From the human T2T-CHM13v2.0 reference genome, Homo sapiens: a stretch of DNA of 64,000 bases. The notes under the pieces were generated by a model, which was not told the origin of the DNA, ran no database searches, and saw nothing but the letters and a program-made list of their open reading frames with translations. Within the stretch, counting starts at the first letter, position 1. Each line of letters begins with the position of its first letter. A program made the position numbers and the translations under genes. Where the stretch lies: the NCBI RefSeq assembly GCF_009914755.1, contig NC_060931.1; one strand, 5' to 3'. Positions 33,121 to 46,060 of the stretch are shown piece by piece.

Positions 33121-34649
33121 TAGTGAAAAATGGCAAAAGTTATTCTTGAACATGGTTTTCTGCAGAATGTCTGGTCAATAAATATGTTTTTAATTTGGTG
33201 TTTCTTTTAAAATGGTAATTTTGGAGGAAACTTTAAAAGAAAAATTACAGCAAGTCACAATGTGGTCCAACACAGTGGTAACGTCAAAGTCTGCTCCCAT
33301 CTAAGGAAAGCCAGGGTCCTCCTGGCTGAAGGCACAAGAGGCTCAATCAGACCTCAGCACCACAAGCTCAGAAACCAGACTTTGTCAGCACATTAAAGAA
33401 TTTTTCTACCAGAGCTGAGACTGAGGGATAAATCCAGAATGCTGGTTTAAAAAATTCTATCGAGAAATGATCCACACAGGGACTTAAACTTTCAGTCTGT
33501 ATGAGAAGCAATAGTTTAGCCCCAGCACTACTGCATTCTCCTCCTACTTGGGAAGTCAAATGCAAAGAGTAGGCATGGGAAAAGATGAAGGAAAGCTGGA
33601 TGCATTGAGGGTAAGGGGTGACATCAGGCTCACATAGCCGGGCCTCTCCAATCCAGTGGGTCCATCTGGTCTCTGCCAGTGAAACCTAACTATCCTCAGG
33701 CCTCCATCTGCCATCATTTCCTCTTGTCTAACCAGTGCTCAGACAGATATCACCAGCTTTTCCCCCCATGGTTTCCCATGTTCTCATAGCCAATCAACCT
33801 CTTTGTTCATTAACACATTCTTTCCTTAGACATAGTAATATTTTTAATCACATGAAAGTTAAATCTGGCTGGCAGGGGAGCTATTCTATATCTTCAAGGT
33901 GACTTTACACACTTATCTACTATGATTGATTTTGAGCTCTAATTTTAGGAAGAATAATCTCCTTATCAGGATAATCTCATGTACTATATTTTGGAGTTCT
34001 TGGGTGATAGGCCATCTGCCTGTAGCTCCTGAGGACTAACAATATCATTGTTCTAGTTAGTTCTCGTTCTCCAAATTAATTCTGGCCTAGAGAAGATAAA
34101 AACTTAAAACACACAAAAAAGATGGCTGTTCATAAGGAATTAAGGAATTAGAATCATTGAGAAAAAACAGAGTAACTCAGAGAGGTGCCAAATTTTTATT
34201 TTGCTAGGTGGGGTATTTAAAAGAAAAAAATACTGCCTACTAATACAAAGACATTTCAACCCAAATATAAGAAAAAAAGATAATCTCAGGATAAAGCAGT
34301 GCTCTTTATAGAAAACTCAGTTTTCTCACTTTTCTTTGCACCATGTGCAACTTCTCTTACTCTGAGATGGCAAAGGCTGGTAGACCAGCAGCTGGGAAAC
34401 CATCCCAGATGGCTCTAAGGCTCAGGTAGTCTTGTCCCACACTTCAGGTCAGGAAACTACCCAGAAATAAGGGCATCTGCTTTGTGCCCAAAAGTCTCCT
34501 AGCAAAGAGACTCCAAGGATATTCCTATATTTAAGAAATAAATGTGACAATCTATAAAAACTAAATAACTCTTTGATTTGTAAAGAAATTTATAAAAAGA
34601 ACACAGACTTTTTCAATAAAATTCCTACTTCTTCACTTCCAAGTTGTGC

Positions 34650-35640
34650 TTCCGGGGAGCACAGTCCTCACTTTCATCCCTGGATCCACTATAATTTGAC
34701 CTTTACCCTCTCATGCCATAGAAACCACACTCCACAAAGTCATTATTAACCTTCTAATGGCCAAAAACAATGGATATGTTTCAGTTCTTATAAGAGTGAG
34801 GTCTGTATCTTACTCTGTCTTTTTCTTGAAATTTTCTTGGCCTTCAAGACATGATTATCTCCTGGGCCTCTACTAACTTTTTCAAACACTCCTTCATCTC
34901 CTTAATGGTTCCATGTTCACTACTAAAATCAGGGGTGGAAAAGAGGATTCATCTTGCTCGTTGACACTGATCAAACGCAGTGGTTTCTACCAACACTGTG
35001 TTGACAGACGCCTGAAGGAAAGAGTGTTGTGACTGACAATCAGTGTTTCCTGTGAGTTTGAAATGAGATACAGGGCACAATGCAGACCAAGTTTTTCTCT
35101 ATGTCTCATTTTAAATACTGGTGCTCCCCAGAGCTTTCGAGCTTTCTCCTCCACCCCTTCTTATCTCTGGCATGGCATTCATGCCTATAGCTCTAATAGG
35201 CCGCCTACACACCAACTCCACATCTCTAGTTCTCAACCAGAAGTCTCCCTAAGTTAAACTACCTCCTGTCCTGGATATCCCACAACAACCAGATCACAGT
35301 CTGTCTACACCTGTCATCACCTTTCCCAGGACCTGATGCCTTTCTGGGATTTTACGTTTTGGTTAATGGTACCGTGGTTCACCTCTGAACACAGCCGACT
35401 TGGTAACTATGCTCAATTCCTTCTTTCTCTCATGCCTCATTCTCATCACCTTTCAAGTCTTGTCATCTTTACAGTCAAAGTCCTCTCTTGTTCCTCTCTA
35501 CACTACCTTGGTTCAGTTCCTTACTGGTTTATTCCTGGATCTTTGTAATGGCTTTCTAATTGATCTCTAATCCATCCTTCCCAAAATATGAATGCCATTT
35601 CTCTGCTTTAAACTCCATCAAGGCCTCTCCCTCATTTTTG
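34650..35640 (+). mobile_element. L2 ORF2/3' fragment (interrupted by MER102)
   Basis: GAAACCACACTCCACAAAGTCATT..CTTCTAATGGCCAAA..CAATGG; ACTCCACATCTCTAG..CTGGATATCCCACA. Confidence 0.6.
34930..35085 (+). mobile_element. MER102-like hAT-Charlie element
   Basis: CAGGGGTGGAAAAGAGGATTCATCT..ACTGTGTTGA..GGAAAGAGTGTTGTGA. Confidence 0.6.
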
Positions 35641-35644
35641 AAAC

Positions 35645-35810
35645 GTATTTTATGAGTTTACTCAGGTATCAGTGACATACAATAAATGACACATATTTAA
35701 AGCACACTGTTTTACATACATATGCATGCATGAAACCAGCCAGACAAGATAATGAACACATCCATCACCCCGCAAAATGTCCTTGTGTCCCTTTGCCATC
35801 CTTTCTGTGC
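35645..35810 (-). mobile_element. L1MC/MD 3' end fragment
   Basis: GACATACAATAAA..CACATATTTAAAG..CAAGATAATGAACACATCCATCACCCC. Confidence 0.7.
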
Positions 35811-36079
35811 AACCTAAAATCACTCCCCACGTTAAAAATCCTCATTCCAAAGCTTTAGAGCTGGTTTTGGGCAAATCACTTAAACTCTCTCCATGTCTCA
35901 GCTTTTTCATTAATGTAAAAGGTACAATAATAATTTTACCTATCTCACACAAGTATCTGGAGGATAATACAGCCTAAGTTTCAGGATGCTCAGAGAAGCT
36001 TCCAAGGGCTTCTCATTTCACTAGGTTCAAAGGCAAAGCTGGTAAGATGGCCACAAGCAAAAGCTCTAAAGAATCCTAC

Positions 36080-36490
36080 TATTCCGCCTCAGCCACAATG
36101 GCCCTCCTGCTATTCCTTTTACTTGTCAAGCAATTCCCTACCACGGGGCCTTCACACCTGATCTCACTCTGTTCAAAGTCTTCCCCAAACTTGCTTGGCT
36201 TGTCTCCATACTAGTATTATATCTCTGTTCAAATTTCCAGACCTTTCCTAAGCATCGTACATGAAACATTTACCCTCTTCCAAACCGTCTTCATTCACTC
36301 TGCTTCTTCTGTGTTTTCCAAAGGGCTTATAATTCTCTAGATTATTGTATTTTTGCCTACAGATTTATTATTTGTCTCCTTCCACGTAAACATAAGCTTC
36401 ATGAGAACAAGAATTTTATCTGTTTTGCTTATTGTTCTTTCCCCAGTATGTAGGCACATACTAGGTACTAAAAATATTTGTTGAACTAAC
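36080..36490 (+). mobile_element. L2a-like 3' end, flanked by MIR pieces (35855-35975 and 36489-36560)
   Basis: CAGCCACAATGGCCCTCCTGCT..TAAGCTTCATGAGAACAAG..GGCACATACTAGGTACT..AATATTTGTTGAA. Confidence 0.7.
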
Positions 36491-38114
36491 AGTGCTTGCC
36501 ACATAGCACAGATCTAACAAATGGCAGCTTTTATCATTACGGCATCATCGTCATCTTCTTCTTCATCATCATTATGTGCCTTAGCACCACCATACGTAGT
36601 AAACCTCTCACTCTGAAAGAAACCCTAGAACAAACCCTTTCCTCTTCAAATCAGGCCCATATGTGTATTCTGACAGCAATGACACTATCTTGACTCACAT
36701 TTCTCCTTGCATTCTTGCCCTTGCCTGACCTTGATTTCTGGAACTAGTTGTTCCTCATAATGTTTGATTTCTCGGCTTCCTAAATCTGGCCTCGCCACTG
36801 AATAGACATAACCACAGGTCTTCTGTTTGAAGCTTGGCCCACTTGACCTTCAGGAACCTGCTGAAATTAATCCCAGAATTGCCAAGCCCCCACATAGAAA
36901 TCCCACACAAGCTCTCTGTCCTACACCATGCTTGATCAGGACCTCTAGACTAACTGCCCATGCTCTAGTAGGACCATGTACCTTTAAATAAATTACTGCA
37001 TGTTTATGCAGCAATCTTTACTTCAGTACAACACTTTTGTGTCTGAACAAAAGTTTCCACCTTCCAATAATACTTTAAAATCCACTAGAAGTTCTTGAGA
37101 AAACCTGCAATTCTGTCATCTGTAACATGGATCTCTTTGCCTATGTGGCAATAGCTATGCTAATACCATCTATATAAATATTAGCTAGTAGACCAAATAG
37201 TGATCTAGTTTCACAATAGTATATATAATCACTTTACAATATATATAGTAAATACACATTTTGTATGCCTTTCATACCACGGAGGCTTATAGGTAGGTAT
37301 TCAATGAAAATGTATTAAATTGAGTTTCCCCATGTTGCAGAATCTGTGTGGTAGAGCTCTAATAATACTGGGGTGTTTTCAACTTTGCCTGATTTGCAAT
37401 GCCTGAGTACTTTGCATACAACATACTTGCTATAATAAAATATTCAAATTCAGAGTCTATTACAATACAATATGCTGTAAGAATGTTCAACAGTTAATGT
37501 CTTATCACAGCCTTTCATGATGATAACTGCCCTAGAACCTGCAGCCCTAACTGCCCTAAACCATCGACCCCTTTCCACAGTTTGGCACAGCTTAGTCTTA
37601 TAGGCTGTTCCTGGGTTCTGATAGACACTGTCTGAATGGTGCAGACTGTGATAATTAACCCAAGCTATTATAATGTTTGCTCCAAACCTCCTCATGTGCC
37701 ACAACTTTGGCTATTTGGAAAATTTCAGACATTACTCCTCCATACAAGTAGACAGGAAAGGTTCCTTCGGTTTCCTTCCTCCCTTCCCCCAGCCCGCCTT
37801 TTGTATTGTTGTTCACTTATTTAATAGCTGTATCTCCAAGTGGCCTCCCCGCCCCACATAGTCTCCACAACACACATACATACACACACATGCACCCCAC
37901 TACCACTTCTCCCAGCCTGAAACATTCTGAGATCCCCCCCATTCTTTATAAAGAAGCCTCCTCTAGCTCGTATCCCCCTCACTTCTCAATCACTCATCAG
38001 TATCATCTCAGCTCCCAGTGTCCCACTGAACCAGCTCTCACTGAGGTCTCTGTTTTAGCAAATCCAATAGGCATTCTTCAGTCCTTATCTTAATTACTAC
38101 GTCCACAACCTTTG

Positions 38115-38577
38115 AAATTTTTTTTTTTTGGTAAAATACATATAACATAAAATGTATCATTTAAACCATTTTAATTGCTCTGTTCTGTGGCATTAACTAC
38201 ATTCACATTGTTGTGGAACCATCTACCACCAACCATCTCCAGAACTTTTCATCTTCCCCAAATGAAACTCTGCAGTCACTAAACAATAACTCCTCATTCC
38301 TTCCTCCATTCAGCACCTGGTAACCACCATTCTACTTTCTGTCTCTATGTATTTGATGACTGTTAAGTACCTTATTTAAGTGAAATCATACTGTATTTGT
38401 CCTTTTGTGAGTGGCTCATTTCACTTAGCATAATGTCCTCAAGGCTCACTCATGTTGTAACATGTGGCAGAATCCTCTTACTTTTTAAGGCCAAATAGTA
38501 TTCCATTGTATGTATGTACCACATCTGGTTTATCTATCCATCCATCAATGAATACTTGGATTATTTCCACCTTTGGC
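38115..38577 (-). mobile_element. L1MB-like 3' end
   Basis: Poly-T, GGTAAAATACATATAACATAAAAT..CATCTCCAGAAC..TGGTAACCACCATTCTACTTTCTGTCTCTATG..TTCACTTAGCATAATGTCCTCAAGG. Confidence 0.88.
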
Positions 38578-39112
38578 TTAGATGTACTACTTTTACAAAG
38601 TTTTATCCTTCTTTGCATAACTATTGCGTATCAGCTATACATCAGGTACTCTACTAAGCACTAAGTGTACATCAGTGTATAAAACAAAGAACTCTGCTTT
38701 AATCGAGCTCACATTCTGGTGGAAGAAACAGACAATGAACAATAAGTAAATCATGGGCGTGACAGAAGATGGTAAGTGCTATGCATAACTCAAAAGGTGG
38801 AGATGGGATATTAGAGTGAAAAAAGAGTTAAAATTTTAAGAGATTGGTGAAGACAGACCTCATCGAAAGGGTGGCCTCTGAGCAATGATTTGTAAGGAGG
38901 TAAGGTAGTGGTCACTTGTATGGTTTCACATGCTACCTATAAAACGATGACCACCCTCCAATCTACTTCTCCATTACTAATGCTGCTGCACAGATCCATT
39001 TGAATAGGCAACAGTTTCTATCTGAAACAAGTCTCTTCATTAACCCCCTAAAATCTCTTTCAACTGCATTCCTAATCTTCATTAATGCACTGCCATCTAC
39101 TCAGTCATACAG

Positions 39113-39850
39113 GTGTGGTAGGCAGTCTCTCAAAGGGCCCCTGCAGATCCCTGTCTCCTGGCATTTATGCCATTGTGTAATTCCCTCCTCTAACTGTGAG
39201 CTGGACTTTGGGACTCCCTTCTAATAAACAGAATACAACAGAAGTATTGGGGAGTCTAATTTTAGCATAAAAGATGGATTTGGGGGCCAGTAGCTAGAGT
39301 GGGAGCAGGGAGATCAGGGAAGAGATGATAAAAATCTAAAAATCTACAGAATGACTGCAAGATCTCTCCTTGTGAATTCTTTCTCAATTGCTGCATTAGA
39401 AATTGCCCCAAAGCTTAGTGACTAAAAATAACATTTATTATCTCACAGATTTGCGGGTCAGGAATCTAGGAGTGGCTGGTGACGTCATTTCCAAGATGAA
39501 GATTTTAAAAGACTTCAGTTTCTGACGTGTGTGCTCTTCGTCATATCTTTTAGAGTGCTTCCACTGGGGAGAACCAGCTGCCTTCTTGTTAAGTGGCTCT
39601 GCAGAGAGGCCCCTGTGACTAGGGACCTATATCCACCTTCGAAGCAGATTCTTCAAACCCAGGTAAGTTTTGAGATGATGGCAGCCCAGCCAACAAATTG
39701 ACTGCTACCTCAAGAGAAACCTTGAGCCAGAGACCCCGAGCTCAGCTACTCCTATATTCCTGACCCACAAATCTGTGAGATAATAAATATTATTTCTAGC
39801 CACTAAGCTTTAGGGCAATTTCCAATGCAGCAACAGAGAATGAATTCACA
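39113..39850 (+). mobile_element. MaLR LTR, MLT1F/G-like, interrupted by an inverted insertion at 39252-39478
   Basis: TGTGGTAGGCAG..GATCCCTGTCTCCTGG..AACAGAATAC..GAAGT, resuming GACGTCATTTCCAAGAT..TTCCTGACCCACAAA..GTGAGATAATAAA..GCAGCAA. Confidence 0.75.
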
Positions 39851-40174
39851 ATGAGAGACCTTGCAGTCATTCTGTAGATTTTTAGAAATCCAGACTTCTG
39901 TGACTCATGACCTTTAAAGTGCCTGGCACAGAGTGCGTGATCAATAAATATTTGTCAACTACTCCCTCTCCTTTACACATCACCGCTGATCATGATGGCT
40001 TGTCAATTTGCCCTTCTATATAATTGAAAAATCTTCTGCATCCCTATTACCATTACCCTGGGTGGCTCCTTTCTCATTTCACATTGGTACCATGTTAACA
40101 TCTCTTCACTGATTTCCCTGTTTCCACTCTAGCTACTGGCCCTGAAATCCATCTTTTATGCTGAAATTAGACTC
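39252..40174. repeat. Local inverted duplication: 39335-39478 = revcomp 39743-39886; 39252-39327 = revcomp 40099-40174
   Basis: Manual ungapped alignment gives 131/144 and 69/76 identities. Confidence 0.92.
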
Positions 40175-41374
40175 ATCTGTGTGAAAAACACGTCTGTCCC
40201 ATTTAACACCCTTTAGGGGTGCCCTGTAACCTAAAATAAATTCCAGTCTCCTTGGCATTGCATTTTAGGGCTTCTACCTATATGTTCAAACTTATCTTTT
40301 GCTACCCTCTGCCTCATACTTTTGTTTTAGCAACGCTAATCTATTTTGCTTTTGCTTTACTAATCATCAATTCATTGCTTCCTTCTTTTGTTCATCCTGT
40401 GCTTTTGCTTGAATACTCTTTCCACCTTTCTCTATCTGGTTAGATTTTACTTATCCCCCAAGAGTCAAATCAGGAATCATCTGTCATATTTGGCCAAGTA
40501 GCCCTTTTTGTGCTCCCCAGGACCCTGAAGATACTGGTGTACAAGCATTTACCACAGTTTAGTTGTATATCTGATGCATATGATGAGGTAGACGGGTTTT
40601 TTCTTTTATAAAATAAATTATATTTTCTTGGTTGCAAGGGTACCATCTTAGATTTTGAAATGTCAATTGAATAGCAAGTCATTTTCTTGGGATTCAGAAG
40701 TGCCAGTATATAAACTTGGTCACTACAAAGAAAGCAGAGCAAACTGCATAAGGATTCCAAAGCAATTCTGGGAAGAAAGGAAGCAAAACCTCAACTCTTA
40801 GTACTCCAAATGTAAAGTTAAGCACACCGATTAGGATAGACCAGAGCAGACCCTACCAAGACCCAGCAACAGGGAAGAACAACAATTCCTGAGAAATGAA
40901 ATTATAGGAGCAAGAGCTGAGGCTCATGGCCACACTAAACGCCTGTGCTAGCTACCGTCCGCTATGTCAGTGACATTGCATGCTTTTGTGGACTCTACTA
41001 CCCTGAACAGTGAGTGTACATCAATGAACAGTGGCTGAAAATGACAGTAGGACCATAACCTGAGCACTGGACACAGGGCCCCACACACAGATCACACATG
41101 TTGTGTAGAAAGCCACTCAACATTGGTAAACACAGTGTTTAATTTTTCACATAGCTCTTTCCTATCCTTCCCTGCTTCAGTTCATTCTAATTTCTCCTAA
41201 GATAAGCCAAGAGAAATTTCAGAGAAGATGTCATTAATTTGGTTCCAATCTCTTAATAAATGTCCAAACAGATTTTGCAACCTGATCATTATGAATGCTG
41301 GAAACATCAGTAAACCATTTCCAGTATTAAAATATATTTAGCATGCAATCTCCATCAAGCTAGGTTGCACGAGG

Positions 41375-41600
41375 CATCTTATTGTAAGGCTAATGTAGGG
41401 GTTCTGGAGCCAAATAAACCTGAATTTCAGACATGGCTCAACCTCTTACCGTGTGACAGTGGGCAAATTATTTAGCTCCTCTATGGCTTATTTTGCAAAG
41501 GCAAAATGGGATTAATAGCAGACCTTACCTCTTCACGTTGCTGTGAAGAATAAATGAGAGAATGCACTAAAGTGCTCAGCAATCAATAAATTTAACTTCT
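41375..41600 (+). mobile_element. MIR
   Basis: TTCTGGAGCCA..ACCTGAATT..GTGTGACAGTGGGCAAATTATTTA..AAAATGGGAT..GTTGCTGTGAAGAATAAATGAG..AAAGTGCTCAG. Confidence 0.8.
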
Positions 41601-43064
41601 AAAATGGGCAGCTGAAAGAGACAACACTTACAACCTTTTAATACGAGAAGGTCAAACAACCACCCCACAAATTGCATCCTGTTTGTCCTAAGTGAAATAA
41701 CATCTAGGAAAAATACTGAAAGTAACGGGAACTTGAAATTGACCATATGGGATCTTCTGTGGGTTACAAAAATAGCATAATTTAATCAGAAACCCCTAGC
41801 TTCCAAGAAGCCTGAATGAGTATGAAGAGAAAATAGATTTTGTCAATCAAGACCTTGTTGCAGGCCCTCAACATTAGATACAGAACCATGATTAAATTAA
41901 TCAGAGGTCATACAGATCACAGTAAGAGATAAGCAGTCTATTCAGTTTTTCTTTTTCATATCTACCCTCATATCACTAATGACTGTGGCTTTAAATAATA
42001 ATCTTTGTTATCTCTTATAAGCCAGATTGAATCAAAGTTTGGGCAATCTTTGAACTAACTCTTAAAAATCAAGTCTGGTGGGTTCCGAAAAATTGGACGG
42101 AAAACTATTAAAGCTAAACGTGATTGGACAGCACGAAATATGACAGTGTTTTAAAATCATAAACATTGAAATACTTAGTTCCCTATGCTGGGTCTGTGCA
42201 TACTCACTAAATGGTATTAGTTTTACTTCAAAGCATTCAAATATGCCTCATTTCACCAAAAAAAAAAAAAAAAAAAAAATACATACAAATTTTCAAAGCA
42301 GAAACATGAGATAACTATTTGTATTAGAAAAGATTCTTGATTTACAAGAAATACTCATGGAAGGAGAACTTTCAACAGCAAGTTTCCCTGGAATACAAAG
42401 AAACATTATTTGCAGAAATTGAATCTGCATTCTATTCATAATATAAAGGCAAATCTGTTCCATGCATTTAAGGAATTAATAAAAGTAACTAACATCTTAC
42501 TGTCATAAAATACAAACACAAGCAAAAACCTTGATGATAATGGACTTTAGTCCCTTCGTTTTATTAAAAAAAAAAAAAGTTAAGTTTAAGCAGGTGACAT
42601 GAAAGCTCATCTCTGATAGACTTCGGAATGGAACCCAGAACCTCTTACTTGAGCCCAAGGCATTTCCTATCAACCCAAATTACATCTCCTGTTTCCCTAC
42701 ATATTATTTAGATACTGTATTTTGAAATGCCTCTAAACATTAGCTGTCAGTTTTTAAGAAGCTAAGAATCAATGCCTCCCATATATTACTATCTTCATAT
42801 AAAAGCAAATCAATCTGGAATTAAGCAAAGTGTGGCAGAATAAATACACTAAACTGAACAAGAGCCCTGGCCACATGGAACCTATCTGCACACAACCACA
42901 TCCTTGGGAATCTGAGACTTCACCACAGTGGAGCTAGGAAAAAAATGGGACCATTAATTTATTCAATAATTTCTATGATTAATCTGCGTGCCACAAGTTC
43001 TGTGCAAAGAACTGGGGATAACACAAGGGATAAGACAGAAACAGTCTTTACCGTTTAGCAAGAC

Positions 43065-43340
43065 TAATAGCCAAGCTTTATTAAGAGTTTTCATGTTCTA
43101 GGCACAGTGCTAAGCAATACTCAAGGATTTTCTCATTTAATACATTCAATATATAGCCCTATAAAATATGTCCTATGTTTATTACCATTTTGTAGATGCG
43201 GAATGAAATACAGACAAATTAATGCAGTTAGCAGGACCACATGACACTGATTAAGTTAATCGGTGTAATGTAGATACTAAGTGACAAAAGTAGAATTTGA
43301 AAGCAGATCTCGAGGGCTGGACCCTTAGCTGCTGTGCTAT
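43065..43340 (-). mobile_element. MIR, apparently nested in an L2 fragment (about 42955-43470)
   Basis: TAGGCACAGTGCTAAGCA..TTCTCATTTAAT..CCATTTTGTAGATG..GAATTTGAA. Confidence 0.65.
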
Positions 43341-44109
43341 ACTGACTCCAAGCTACTAGGAGAGACACATATTAAATACATACCTCTACACAATTATATG
43401 TATAATCTAATTATAATGGGTTATACAAAGGAGAACTTTGGGCTACCTGAAGAGCATTTATAAGAAGGATCTAGTCACTGTAAGATAGGGCTATTTTCAC
43501 TACCAAAGAATTATTCACAATGGTATGGTGATATTTACCTTTCAATATAAAATGCCATATTAATAAACTGCATTTGTAGGATGTGCTAAAAACAAAAAGA
43601 TGTGTTTATAAACTTTAAGCATTAACCACTGAGACCAACCTGACTTTGTCCATTCAAATTCCAGCTCCCAGAGAAAACTTCCTCTTGTACAGTTTTGGGC
43701 TTGGAAAATATCCTTCAAACTATCTAGCCCTGTCTTATGTGAACACTTTTTTAGAAATTCACAGAGAAGATGAGGTTCCCCCCCCCCTTTCCTTTTCATA
43801 TCCGATTTACTAGATACTCATTGTAAAGTCTGCCAGACTTCCATTGTCTATTTTCTTTGATACAATTTTGAAAGTATCCATCATCAGCCAAACCAGAACA
43901 CGCAGGTCTGGTTTCATCCTAACTGTTCATGCCCATAACCATAAAAAAGAAGACACAGATTCATCCCTCATCCCTCAGGTCTCGTTGATTTGTGCCAAAT
44001 GAGGGCAATTACTAGACATATGGACACCTCCTCTACCTAATGAAAAGCTGACTCCCTCATTCAGTCATGTTTTTTATCCAAATATGTTTTAAGTGAACCA
44101 GCAAAACCA

Positions 44110-44340
44110 TGCAGAGCCACTTCACAGAGTATGCAGTTTGTGGACTGAAAATAGAGGGATCAGGAGCTGAAATCCAGCCCATGCTCAGCACTCTGAGCCA
44201 CGTGTCTCAGCATGGATCTACATCCACCTGAAAGAAGGGCATCTCTTCCTTTGCACCAAGTAACCTCAGCTTGCCAAGTCAAGTGCCTAAAGGGCTGTTT
44301 TCTCCTACGGCACATTTTTCAACATTCACATCAGGTATCC
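44110..44340. mobile_element. Possible MamTip-like hAT-Tip100 relic
   Basis: GCTGAAATCCAGCCCATGCTC..AGCCACGTG..CATCCACCTGA..GGGCATCTCTT. Confidence 0.35.
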
Positions 44341-45934
44341 TATTGTCTACCCAGTGTCATAGGACTATTTGACCTGTGAAATCACATCTCCCTGGGTCTC
44401 ATTTTCCTCATCTCTAAAATGAAAAGACGGGCAAAATAAATTCTAAACCTCCTTCCATGTTAAAAACTCTAAAGAACAAACAACCTAGGCTTCCCTGGCT
44501 CTTTCAGAGTTACGGTGTAATCTGCCAAAGAGGAAAAATAACGACTAGACCTCGAGATCCTAGCGGCTTCCTATGGGACCTCATGCAGGGCCTCTCTGGG
44601 AACTCCAGCCCTGGCTTACTTGCTAATTTCCCATGGGTCTTCCTTAGATAGCCTTTCTCCAATGGGAAGAACAAAACTCATTTGCCCTGCACACAACATA
44701 GTCAGAATGGCCAATGACAGAGTAACTATAAAAGGGTTTAGCGAATGTAAAAAGTGCTACACGCATGTGTACACTAGATCCTCCCAGCAGCTTTTATTCC
44801 CCAGACTGCCCAGAGAAAGTTGTTTTTGGTCCCTGTTTTTCTTATTTGTCAATAGAGCATATGAGAGTGATCATCCACTTTCCAGTTTATTTTTGCCACT
44901 TGCAGAATCGAAATGGCAGTCAAGAAAAGGTTGAACCTGAGGTCTGTCTCTGCTAAGTGAGAACTACTGTTGGTTGAACTATTCCCACTGGTGTTGCCCA
45001 GTGATTCCGCTCCACCATGTCTTTGAAGGTTGGTAGGGGAAAAGGTGAAGCATCTCATGGCAACAAAGACTATCAACCTCACTCTGTTGGAATAAAGCTA
45101 GTCAACCTACCACTGTATTTCACAACAATTCAAATCCAGGTATCTCTCCTACTTAAATCCTTACATCAGGATTTGGAAATTCAGGATTCTGACAAATTGA
45201 AGCACAAATTCCATTTATGCAACCTTGAAGAGATACATACATGCAGAAATCCACATTCTTGGGAATAAGTTTAAAGTATCTTGGTTTATCAATTCTGGAG
45301 GAAAGACCAGCTTCCTCTGTCTGTCAATTTTGATTTTATTCCCATCATTCTGGGCAAAAAGTGAGGTTAAAACAGTACTGCCTGACATGAGTTCAGATGT
45401 TTGGTGTGAGGAATCTCTACAGGGAGGACCCCTGAGGTCAGATTCATAAGCTCCCTGGGGCCTACAGCCTGACTGCTTTGCATCTCCACTTCAGTCCCCT
45501 CCAAAGTATGTCAGCAATGGCAGGTGTATGGTGTAAAGCTATCAAGCTGTTTCTTGGGATTCACCACAGTCACACTTCCCTACTTCAAAACCAGAGAATC
45601 AGAGGTCGTCTGCAAGAAATGGAGACTAGAAATTAGCCAGACCAGCCCAATACTTTTAATCCCCTCCCCTACCCGATATCCCCGCACAAAAACAACCATA
45701 ACAACTAAGCAACATGCTTGGCTGTTCAGTATGTTCAAATGTCATGTGAATATTTAACCAGGGAAATATCTCTGGAAAACGGCTATGATTTGCTGGTGAC
45801 ATAATGCTCAGCACATGACTATAATTTAAAATAACCATCCAATATAAACTAAATTCATGAACAATGAGGCTTTTCTCATGCAAAAGCTGGTCTATACAGC
45901 CACACCCTATTTTTAAGGTAATTATAAGATTGGA

Positions 45935-46060
45935 AGTAGAACAAGCTTCAGAAGTGACTCTGGGTCCAAATCCTAATCCTGTCACACGCTGAGTAACTAG
46001 GTAAATGAGCTCACCTCTCTGAGCCTGAATTTCCTCACTGATAAAAAGGGTGGCTAAGTC
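45935..46060 (+). mobile_element. MIR fragment
   Basis: CTGGGTCCAAATCCT..ACCTCTCTGAGCCTGAATTTCCTCA. Confidence 0.6.
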
